Source: Camelus ferus
Taxonomy: Eukaryota
Direction: 5' to 3'
Length of the DNA: 64,000 bases
Assembly (NCBI RefSeq): GCF_009834535.1
Contig: NC_045696.1
Span: forward strand, 111,230,001 to 111,294,000
The notes below the pieces were generated by a model. The model was not told the origin of the DNA. It worked only from the letters and a program-made list of their open reading frames with translations, and searched no databases. The stretch's first letter is position 1; each line of letters starts with the position of its first letter. The position numbers and the translations under genes were made by a program. This document shows, one piece after another, positions 52,727-64,000 of this stretch.

Positions 52727-55700
52727 ACAATGCTGACAGTGGATACTTTCTGAAATCTGTTGTTATGGCTTTGGTGTTGACATCCTTCCACATGTAGATA
52801 TGGGGTTTGACATACATATTTAATTAAAATAGAATTGTAACACACACACTTTTCTGCAACTTGCTTTTCCGCTTGATGTATCTCTTCCTTCTCTCCCAAA
52901 TCCTTTTATTTCATTTGCTACAGGCAATACCCCACAATAATATTCTCTGTTTCTTCAGTCTCTTGAGCAGCCCCTCCAGCTCCTTCATTTAAAGGAAACA
53001 AGGGGTGATCCTTGAAGACTCTGCTTCCTTTTCATCCATCTCAAGTCACATTTTCTCTCCAACTTCATGTGTCAATCGTGCTGGAGTTGGCTTAATTCGT
53101 TCCTTGTTGCACAATGATCCTTCCAGACCACTACTCGCCCACGCCCTTGGGCAAAGCTCAGTTTCCTTAACTCAAACACCCTCCTCCCATGACTCCATCT
53201 TGATCCGCATTGCTGCCACTTCACCACTAACTCCGCATTTAATCAAGGCTGTGGTGTTTCACTCCAACCCATGTATTCATTTTGGGCAACTCGTAACGTC
53301 ACTTCAGCCTATTATCTCCTGTGCTTTCTCCTGATTCAGTTTATGTGTCTAGAAGTAACTATTTTAATCATGCTGTCACCAATTCTCCAGTCTCCTCCTT
53401 CTCTTCATCCCTGCCAACACTCGGCCAGTACAGCTGTTTCCCTTCTCATTGTCTAAGGCAAGATCTGACGGAGTGAAAACCCACACAGCCCATTAGCTTG
53501 TTCTGGGTGAGGTTGTACAGGGTCTTGGGGTCCACTATTACAGCCTAGGCATTTCCTGCATGAGATTTTAAGCAAATTAATGACATGACTTTATGTTTTA
53601 ATAGAATCACTGGCTGCTCTGTGAAGAGTTGAATTTAGAAAAATAAACACTGAAGTGAGGACACTAGTTAGGAAGTATTTGCAAATTCAGACCAGGGATA
53701 AAGGAGCCATACCAATCAGGGTAGTAGCAATGAAAAGAGTGAGAGGGGACTGGTCCCTCTTTTAGGCAGAGAGGTTCCATTTTGCCACAGTGCTAGAAGT
53801 TACCTGGAGCAAAATTCTGACCCCTGGGTGCTCAGCTCTCTCAAGATCTCTCCAAAGGTAGGTCTCCCCTTTCATATGAGCGAATTCACATTATTGCTTT
53901 GAACTGAAGTAAAAATACTCAGGGTTCTGGTCTGTTGATATTTTTTATGATTATTTAGTGCTACTAATGACTAATGTATATGTCAATTTGCTCATTATTT
54001 CAATAATAGTGCAGATGAGTGATTAAAAAAAAATAAGCCATTGCACCAAAACTGTGGTTAAAAAAAATACGTGCTTTGTCATTTTGATCCATAAGCTTCT
54101 TCATATTCTGCAGTTCTCAGTTTGCGGCAGCAACATGGGACCCTGGTTCTTCAGTGCAGCCAGCATCGTGCTGAGTGGAACACAGTGCCATGTCCCTTGC
54201 TCCAGTTAAGAAGGACTGCTCCATCTGCTCTACCTACTAGGATATCAACAAAGTCTGTCATTTCCAATAGGCCATACAGAAGGAAGGTGGGAAGAAACAG
54301 CTAGAAATTATTGGATTTGACTAGAAGGTGATTCTGGTGTCCTTACAGAGAGTAGTTTGGAAAAAAATTCAATGGACTGGAGGACCAAGAAAAGAAATAT
54401 GTGTGCTTCTTGTGTACAGAAGAACTGTGCATGATTGAAGTCAAATGGGGAAGTTAGTTACTGGAGAAGAAGAGGTTAAGAGTTGAAGACTAACCCTTGA
54501 GTAGGTGAAGTGAGGTACAATTCAGATTACCAGAGGGATTCGGGTTACAAAAGTGGAAAGGCTATACCTCCTCTCCTAAACCTCTGGGTGGGATCAGAGA
54601 AAATCTGCAGAGATAGCTGTATGTTGGCTGGGGTAATGAAGAGAAAAGATGGAGAAATTATGCTAGCTGGTTTCATCTTCCATGTAAAATGGGGTTACTA
54701 GCTGTAAGTTTTCAGATTTGGAGAAACGACATTAAAGGACTTCTTTGGAACATCTACCTGGTATTTAAAGACCTAGGGAAGAGGATCTAGTGGCTTAAGC
54801 ATCAGGACCATGCAGGGCAATAGTGGTAGGAGAAAGCCAAGAACACGGTAACTGCAAAGAGGTTTCAGGACAGTGGCCAGGGCCATCTGGGTACTACTGT
54901 ATTGTCATGCACTAAGACCCATCAGTTATGGAGCTGTGAGTAGCTGGTATCTGGGTTTGTTCAGTGGCCCTTCTGTGGGTTGGGAGCAGGAATAGAAAAT
55001 CTATTTTGAATAAGTGAATGGTAACCATAAACTAGCTCACCAGAAAAAAAGTTTAACTAACCAAAAAGGAGACTCAACATTGAGATCAGAGAGTATAAGG
55101 AAACCTTGAATCAGATAATAACATAAAATAATCATTTGGTAGTTCTCAATTGATGAGTGAGTAAGACCTCGAATTTTATATATCAGGAAATACAAAGGGG
55201 CAATAAGAGAAAAATACACACCAAAAACATGACAGGACAAAGCAAAAAAAAAAAAAAAAAAATCCTCCACCTTTCTCTGGCTCTCACTACAACTGACAAT
55301 TTACTAATCATTTAAAATCAAGAGCTTCAATGCTCAATGTGTGGTGGTTTCTTCCCAGGGAGATTTTTAGACTGACATTTATCATAATTGGCTGAAGACT
55401 AGACAAACAATTGTTTGTCAGTTCTGAGAAGATCCTTGGAGCAGATAGCCAGCCAAACCTCATCTTTGCTCACATTTTAACCATGACAAGGGCTGACTCC
55501 CCTGGGACTCCGAGCCTGGAGATGCAGCCCTCTGGGAGCAGCACTCACTCTGTGATGTCATCATGAACCAAGGTTAGTTGGTGGCCACAGCGAGTGCATT
55601 TTCTTGGGTCCACTCTTCTGGTGTAGATTTTTCAATTTGGGGGTTTCTTAACTATTTCTTTTGCAGTATCCATGCTTGCCATTTATTCTGTATCAACTGA

Positions 55701-57362
55701 AAGTATTATTTCCTCATGATAAAGGAAAGTCCTGTTATCTGAAGTCTCTGGTTCTTAAGGAAGCGTTTATGGACACTGACTATATAAATAGCATAAAAAG
55801 CCGGAGAAGTCAATGCTGGTGATGACTTAAACCCAAAGTGCTGAATAAATAAGAGAACACACTGTAATATCAAAACGTAATTAATACTTGTAGCATTTCT
55901 CTCACTGGAGATAAAATAATAGTTATATAAAGAAATGTTTTGAAGGGATTACAAAAGTCCAGGTGACAAAAATAAAGCAATCTTCGACTTTTTTTTTGAG
56001 CAGATTATTTTATTTTGTCTCTACATGGTACGTGTTCTCAGATCCCATAATTCCCAGTGACTTTCAGCTTGGCTTATATCGCGTGCCTGGTCTTTGAAAG
56101 CATACATTGTTGGTACCTACAGCTTAAAAGATAGCAGTCAGAATGGATCCAGGCAGGCAAAAAATAGGTCATGACTAGTGACAATTTCTGGGATTAAAGT
56201 CCAGAGGAGGAGAGAGGTTTAAGTCAATCTAAGTTATGAGAAGAATTAATTGTAGAGCCTAAATAAGCAACAGAAGAAACAGAAGCAGACCAGGGTCCAG
56301 AATCATAAAGCAATAACTCATCTATCTAGTCTAACTCTAATATATTGTAGATCACAAAACAGAGACACAAAGAAATGAGGTCTCTCAACCGCGCGACAAT
56401 GAGGTCTGGATAATCAGAATGAGACACGTGTAGCATCAAGGACTATGGTCATTTAGGGCACCTTTGGCTTATTCAGATATATTAAGGTCAGTTTTCAAAA
56501 ATCTCTGGGATGAGATGGCAGTGAAACTGCCAGGTGGGTGTGAGTGTAGAGTTGCAGAAAAAACAAGAGAGGTGTTTTGTAAAGAAATCAATTAGGGTAC
56601 ATTTTTTTCAACAAGCTTTCATCCCCAACTTACTCCCAAAATTAGAAAATGTAGTTATTTTTAAGACTCAAGGGCATCTCATCCTAGAATCAGTAGATGT
56701 GCAAAAGCTCAGTTAATTTTCCCTCTATGACACTTAACGGTATCACCGTAAAATCAGCCTCCCAACCTAGTATTATAGCTCATTTGTATTCTCCATCTCA
56801 TCTGTAGTTGTCATTTCTCAGGGTAAGAGATGGGACACCAGTTTGGTGCTATTTATTCCCAAAACACCGTTATGTAAAGTTTTATATTATCCACACCTTT
56901 GCAGGATTTCTTAGAAGGCTTTAAGCTGCAAATGACCCAAAATCTAGAGGTGGAGTACTAAGAAAACTAAAAGTAATTGTTACTGAGACTCATCATCATA
57001 ATAATAATGATGATAATATTATTATTTTAGTAAACCTTTATGAGTGTTTGTAACAACCTCATAAGGCAAATCTAATTTTTTTAGATGCTCTTGGGTATAA
57101 ATAATAGAATAATAGATCAACTAGACAAAAAAAAATCATGAGGAATATAGAAGACTTGAAAAACTATCAACTAAATTTAATAAATTGATAAAATATTCTT
57201 CGCAGTGACTGCAAAATAAACTGTCTTTGTAGGTATAAGAGCCATGTTTCCCAAATTTTTTCACATCTTGCACACATAGAAAATTGTAATAATTATCTGA
57301 TATCCACTAATAAACTGGAGAGGATTTGTGTACATTAATATGGAGTTTGTTGAAAATGCATT

Positions 57363-57650
57363 ATTTTTTTAAATTGAGGTATAATTGATGTACAACATTA
57401 TATTAGCTTCAGATGTACAATATAGTGATTCAATATTTGTATATATTGGGAAATGATCACCATAATAAGTCTAGTTAATATCTTCGCAATGTATAGTTAT
57501 GTTTTTTTATTGTGATGAGAACTTTTAAGATCTACTCCCAGCAACTTTCAAATATGCAATAGAATATCACTAATCATAGTCACCATGCTGTATCTTACAT
57601 CCCCAGGACTTATTTATCTTATAGATGGAAGTTCATACATTTTGGTTCCC
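57363..57650 (-). mobile_element. L1MA9-like 3' end
   Basis: aattgaggtataattgatgtacaacattatattag...gatgagaacttttaagatctactc...gtcaccatgctgta. Confidence 0.8.
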
Positions 57651-58534
57651 TTATATAATATGTTTAATATTATATAAAGATGAATAAAAATAAAACACAG
57701 AAATTGGGATAATATTACATACACAACTTTTGTAAAACTTTAAAATAAAACATTTTTTGTTATAATGAAAAATTTGAGAGTGTGTGTGTTAGCTTCCCAG
57801 GATGGCTTTAATAAATATTACAAACTTGGTGGCTTAAAACACCAAAAATTTAAGATTCATCCTTAGCAAATTTCATGTATACAGTATTGTTAACTTGTTT
57901 TCACCACACACACACAAAAAAAAGATAGAAAATGTTTACTATAGAAGGTGATGGATCTGTTAATTCCCTTAATTATGATTATTTCACAATGTATACATAA
58001 ATATCAAGTATACAACTTAAATATATATGATTTCTATTTGTCAGTTATACCTCAAGACTGAAAAAACCTGGTAGTTTAGTCTTTCATATTTCTGGAAGCT
58101 AAAAATCTAAAATCAGGGTGTCAGGAGAGCCATTCTATAAGTTATTGGTGGCATTGTAAAAACCTTCTGGTCTGAAAGATGTAAATCTTGAAAAATCAAT
58201 TAAGATGATCAAAAAACCTTTAATCTCAGTGAACGGCATCACCATCACCTTGATATTTCAACCAGGATCATGAAAGTACTTTTTCATTGCCTTCCTCTTT
58301 CTCACATCCCTCTGTCTCATTCTCCATTTAATACTGTTTATTGACCTTGAAAGCATATGTCAGATGAATCTATCCCTTTGCCACCACTGTTGCTAGCTTC
58401 CTAACTGAAGCACCACCATTTCCTCCTGTACTGTTACAGAAGTCTCCTGCCTGACCTGCCCATGGCCATTCTTTCCACAACCCGCCTCCATTTTCTGCCT
58501 TGTGGCCAAAGCGACATTTTAAAACTTAAGTCTG

Positions 58535-59715
58535 TCACATTCTATGGTCAGTTGATAAATGACAAAGGTGACAGTGCTCTGCAGTAAGTTGTATGGAGTC
58601 AATTAGCTACCATAAGGAAAAAGTGAATTCGGACCACAATTTCACATCATTTTAAAAATCCAGATGAATGGCTATCCAAATGTGAAAAGTAAAACAAAAC
58701 ACTTTTAAAATAAAACACAGGGGAATATCTTTATAAGCCTGGAGTAAGCAAAGATTTCTTAAGTAAGATGCAGAAAGTATTAACTATAAAGGAAAATTTA
58801 TCAATTGGACTATATTAAAATTATAAACTTCTATTCATCAAAAGACAGAAAAATGTCAAAGAACAAGATTATGAGATAAGGTACTTGAAATACAATACAT
58901 ATATTTGAAAGAAGATGTTTCCAGAATACACAAAAATCTCCTATATATCATAAGACAAAGAGAGAAATCTAAAAAAAAGAGAAAATAGTTCAATAGCTAT
59001 TTTACAAAAGATGTATAAGCAGCCAGTAAACATATGTAATGGTGAACAATCCATTGGCCAATAAAAAAATAAAAATTAAAACCACAATCCAATATCATAA
59101 TATACCCAACAAGATGGGAAAAATTAAAAGACAGGTAAATACTTATACTGGGTGCTGGTGAATGATATGAAACAACTGAACTTTTGATACATCATTGGTG
59201 GAAGTGTATATTAGTATAACCTCTTTGACAGATGTTTGGAAGTAGTTACTGAAGTTAATACTTTTGCATCTCTTATGATCAAGTAATTTTACTTCTATGA
59301 TGTACTTTCCCAAATACATACGTATACTCACCAGAAGACATACACAAAAATTTTCATAGCAGCACTATTCATAATAGCTCCAAAGTGGCAATGACCCCAA
59401 TGTCCATCAATAATATAATGGATAAATAAGTTGTGATATATTTATATAATGAAATACTATTCAGCAATAAAAAATGAACAAACTCATTACAGGTAAAAAC
59501 ACAAAAGCAAGTATAAGTTGAATGAAGGAAGGCTAACGTAAAGCATGTATACTGTGTGGTAGTTATATAACATTTTAACGCAGGCAAACATTCTCTAGTG
59601 TTTTAAGAGTAGTTAACTTTCCAAGGAGACAGTTATTGGGAGAAAGGTTTTCAGACTGAAAAGTAACAGCTGGTAATCATTGCAAGAAAGGCTTTTGGGG
59701 TCCTGGTAATAACTG
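58535..59715 (+). mobile_element. Old L1M (ME/MC-type) ORF2 end and 3'UTR relic
   Basis: tatggtcagttgata...tgacaaagg...ggagtaagcaaagatttcttaa...ttcatagcagcactattcataatagc...ccaatgtccatcaa. Confidence 0.8.
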
Positions 59716-60558
59716 AGGTGGGAGAATTTGGTTGAGCTACTGTGCGAGAGCCTGAACCCTAACGGTGGAAGATCAACCTGAAAGTTACCTGTAAAGCCTT
59801 GAACCTGAGTGTGAAACCAGGGTGTGGAGGAGGAGTTTCACAAGCCCCAGAGGGATCAATCACCTTCAAAAGCTGATGACACTTCTGACTCTGGGGAAAG
59901 CAAGAAAGAGTTCTAGAAGGAACTTAGAACTAAAGATTTTTTTTTTCCTACTACCAAATTCCTTTGGAAATTTCAGAAATTGCATTCTATTCCTCATTGA
60001 TTGAAATGAGACTACTGGATTTTCGAGTGAGAAATCAAACACTTTGTTCACCTTTTTGAAGTTAATTCTTGTCTCTTTTTTCTAGAGACAGACATTAGCC
60101 CCTTTTCATATTCTGACCCCTTCCAAGCACCCTGTGCATGTGTTAGGGACCTGAGTGGTCTCATTTATCTTCAACACTCATTTCCTAACTAAAGTTTCTG
60201 GGATTATGTCTTAGAGTGCCTCCTTTTGGGCTTTGCTGTCCTTCTATTGAGAGCAAAGAAAAGTTGATGTGAATGTCAAGAACTTTTTAATTGAGAAAGG
60301 GGAAAATGAACACTACAGGTCTCAGAGCCAGCCAGACAGTGGGAAAAAGGTACTCACAGGTGAGCAAACAGGTGTATTCCTTTTGGAATGCAATTTGCCT
60401 TAAAATGCTTATGCCCATTGATCCAATAATTTTCAGAAATATACTGAAAAGAAGAAACATCAAATTCAAAAAAAGGTTTTATGCAATAGATGTTTATTGC
60501 CATGTTACTTAAAATATTTTTTAAAAATAGAAGGAAGTCTAATATTTAAAAAAAATAA

Positions 60559-60745
60559 GGAGGGAGGGTATAGCTCAAGTGGTAGAACGCACGTTTGGCA
60601 TGCATTAGGTCCTGGGTTCAATCCCCAGTACCTCCTCCATAAATAAATAAACAAACAGACAAACCTAATTACCTCTCTGCCCCCTCCAAAAAGAAAACAC
60701 ACACAAAAAAACTAAAACAAGTAAACAAAAAAGAAAAGAAAAGAA
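60559..60745 (+). mobile_element. tRNA-Ala-derived camelid SINE (Vic-1 type)
   Basis: GGGAGGGTATAGCTCAAGTGGTAG (A box)...GGTTCAATCCC (B box), then aaataaataaacaaac...cctaattacctc and an A-rich tail. Confidence 0.9.
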
Positions 60746-60820
60746 AGGTTACATAAATGTATACCATGATATGTACCAATTAAAATAATGTTTTTAAGTA
60801 TTTTTTAATAGATGGAGAAA

Positions 60821-61113
60821 AAAAAAAGCGTAAATACAGAACAGAAATAGACTTATAGACATAGAATACAGACTTGTTGCCAAGGGGGTGGGGGGTGGGA
60901 AGAGATAGACTGGGGTTTCAAAATTGTAGAATAGATAAACAAGATTATACTGTACAGCACAGGGAAATATACATAAGATCTTATGGTAGCTCACAGAGAA
61001 AGGAATGTGACAATGAATATATATATGTTCATATATAATTGAAAAATTGTGCTCTACACTGGAATTTGACACAACATTGTAAAATGATTATAAATCAATA
61101 AAAAGTGTTAAAA
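60821..61113 (+). mobile_element. Young 5'-truncated L1 3' end
   Basis: 14-bp TSD AATAGATGGAGAAA (60807-60820 / 61114-61127) at a TTTT/AA endonuclease site; AATAAA before the tail. Confidence 0.9.
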
Positions 61114-61415
61114 AATAGATGGAGAAATATGTGTTAAAGATCAAAGTTTCAATATCTTATTATAAAATTGTATATTAACATGAACTTGACTACATAAAAA
61201 AATCAAAAACAAAACCAATCAAAAATAAAAAATGTATTGACAGAAATGTTTTAACATAATTACAGTTATTACATCTGGCGATGTGATTCTTTTTATTTTC
61301 CTTTCTATAAGTTTCTGTATTTTCTATATATTCTACAATAAGCATACACTGCTTTTCTATAGAAAGTAAACACACCTATAAAAATCACATTTCCATGTAA
61401 AACTCAAATATTATT

Positions 61416-62094
61416 TTTATTTATTTATTTTTTATTGAGTTATAGTCAGTTTGCAATGTTGTGTCAATTTCCAGTGTACAGCACAATTTTCAGTTATACA
61501 TGAACATATATATATCCATTGTCACATTTTTTTTCACTGTGAGCTACTACAAGATCTTATATATATCTCCCTGTGCTATACAGTATAATCTTGTTTATCT
61601 ATTCTGCATATGCCTGTCAGTATCTGCAAATTTTGAAATCCCAGTCTGTCCCTTCCCACCCCCCTCCTCTCCGGCAACCACAAGTTTGTATTCTGTCTAT
61701 GAGTCTGTTTCTGTTTTGTATTTATATTCTTTTTTTTTTTTTTAAGATTCTACATATGAGCGATCTCATATGGTATTTTCCTCTCTTTCTGGATTACTTC
61801 ACTTAGAATGACGTTCTCCAGGAACATCCATGTTGCTGCAAATGGCATTATGTTGTTGTTTTTATGGCTGAATAGTATTCCATCATATAAATATACCACA
61901 ATCTTCTTTATTCAGTCATCTGTCGATGGACATTTAGGCTATTTCCACGTCTTGGCTATTGTAAATAGTGCTGCTATGAACATTGGGGTGCAGATGTCTT
62001 TTTGAAGTAGGGTTCCTTCTAAATATATGCCCAGGAGTGGGATTCCTGGGTCAAATGGTAAGTCTATTCCTAGTCTTTTGAGGAATCTCCATAC
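61416..62094 (-). mobile_element. Young 5'-truncated L1 (end of ORF2 and 3'UTR)
   Basis: Perfect flanking direct repeat TGTAAAACTCAAATATTATT (61396-61415 / 62095-62114) and canonical antisense L1 motifs. Confidence 0.92.
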
Positions 62095-62153
62095 TGTAAA
62101 ACTCAAATATTATTAATAAAAATATGATGAAACAAGAAATGTTATGATCCATG

Positions 62154-63290
62154 TGTTACCAAACTTCAGTTTGGCTGCTCACCACTCAAAAGCCAATACT
62201 TGAGAGACAAGTGTTAGTTGGAAAAGGAAATGAAAGATTGCTTTATTCAGGAGCCTGACAACAGGGGGAGAAGGCAGACTTGTGTCTAAGAACCAGCTAT
62301 GAAGATTCTGCTGGCCATGGCAGCTTTGGAAGGGAAAAAGAGGGGAATGATGTCAGGTAATCATGAAGCATGGGGGTCAGATTCTGTGTCACTTCCCACC
62401 GCGGGCAGACTCGCTGACTGCTCGTGGTCTTCCTCTAGGCACTATCTCGTTCACACAGTTTTCTCCTGGGGTGACTGAAAGGGAAGCTGAGAAAAAGGTC
62501 TGTTCTTCCATTAATTACTTATTCTTTATCTCCACTTCTTTAAACTGAAAAAGAATCAACAGGTTAAGCAAGGCATTGTGTGATCAAGAGATTAAAGATG
62601 TATGCTTCGGCTGGAGGTCAGTGGATCATGGGGGCACCTGGCGTAAATGTTAAATTAAAATATATCTTGCTGAAGTCTATTATCTGTTAGATTTTATGGG
62701 TTGCTTGCAAATCCCCACTGTACAGACATTCCATTTCTATGGGCTCGGGAGCAGAGGGCTGTCTTCTGTAGCTGCTTCAGGCTGAGAAAGGGTGTCAAGG
62801 TCTTTGAGTGGAAGATGTCAATATGGGTCTATAGCGTTTCTTTACCTGCAACATCAGTTGGCCTGCTTGCATATTCAGGGAGAACAAGCTGCAATTACAT
62901 TGATGCCCACAAAGGTAGACATTACTATGAGCAATAGTGTGAATCCCATCCTCATGAGGCCAATTCTTGGATTCGGGCAAGCCCTAGCTTCAGTATTTCT
63001 TAAGATGGAGCAACTTATGTCATGTCTACAGTCTGGTCATTGTACAGTTAGACTTTTCCCTCCGGTGACACTTAACGACTCAGGAACGTGCAGCAGACAC
63101 TGTCTTCTATGTGCTTTAGGGGGACTTTAAAGATGCTGTGACTCTGTCGTCCTAATTAGTAAGTGTTGAGCCTGCTCTTTTGTGACTCGAGGGAGGCCTG
63201 GGGGACTTCAGCTTTTCTACAAACAAGAGGCAGGGGACATGGAGGGACCTTTGCACTTGGGAGGGCCCTGTAAGGTTCTGCTTGGTTTCA
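62154..63290 (-). mobile_element. ERV1-class solo-LTR-like element carrying a decayed coding-like cassette
   Basis: The minus strand reads TGAAACCAAGCAGAACC...TTTGGTAACA, with near-TSD CATG/CATT; the internal cassette is homologous to 17850-18210. Confidence 0.85.
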
Positions 63291-64000
63291 CATTTTGAGA
63301 ATGGATAATTAAAAAAAAAACAAACAAAAAAAACACCCAGGTGCAACTATTCTTAAAAAGGGACCAAAAAATGTTGACGCTATAATAAATATTGTTTCCT
63401 CTTTTATTTTGGTTCTATAGGGAAGGATCAGGAAGTAATTTATATCTGCAGTTATAATTTTCTTCAAATATCACCATGTAGTGGCTCACATTTAATGAAT
63501 ATATTTTTTATTCTAGTTAGGCTAGAGAAACCTTTATGATTCAAATTCAAAATCAAATCTTAATGGAATTAACAATTTTAAATCTTTTTTCTAAAATTTG
63601 GCTTGATGTTTAATGGATCACCATCATCACCTTGTAAACTGTCTAAAAACTGTGCATACCTGGAGGCCACTGTGTAGAGATTCACAGGTCCTTTAATGAT
63701 AACAATGCTGGCTTTCCTGAGCACTGGAGTCTGATTATTTGATAATACAGGATGACTGGAAGGACTACCACTTACGTTAATGATGAAGTTTAAATTTTCA
63801 ATAGTTTTGCATCTTTTATAAGCATGAAAACAAAAGTACTTGGATGGCTCACAAACTCAGATAGGAGAGCATTGGTGTGACACTCCATTATTCAGCACAG
63901 AATCTCTTCTAGCCAGAGTCTTGTTTGCCAAAGGGGAAATTTTTATTTTGATTTGGAGCTCATTTCCAAAGGAGAAAAATAATTGCCAAGGAAATGTAAA

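Overview
This is mammalian genomic DNA, most likely camelid (camel, alpaca or vicuna), judged from two tRNA-Ala(AGC)-derived Vic-1-type SINEs and lineage-type young L1 3' ends. I find no convincing protein-coding exon, RNA gene or CRISPR array. The ORF track is explained by chance, microsatellites and decayed transposons. The window is a repeat-rich intergenic or deep-intronic region with about 25-30 LTR relics (ERV1-class solo LTRs, several with intact 4-bp TSDs; ERVL LTR16/33-like; MaLR MLT1), MIR and L2 relics, old and young L1 fragments, hAT/Tigger MITEs (MER20, MER58A, MER82, MER5A) and long microsatellites. The most unusual feature is a pair of related ~1.1-kb solo-LTR-like elements (17706-18760 +, 62154-63290 -). 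They share an internal ~340-bp cassette that looks like decayed coding sequence, with a transmembrane-like sense frame and an overlapping antisense frame that is stop-free in both copies over about 80 codons. Also notable are an LTR pile-up at 20-22.6 kb, inverted-repeat structures at 46 kb and 61 kb, and a candidate GC-box/TATA promoter with a splice donor at 14.1 kb. Repeat family names come from my recall of consensus sequences, not from a search. Boundaries without TSDs are approximate.
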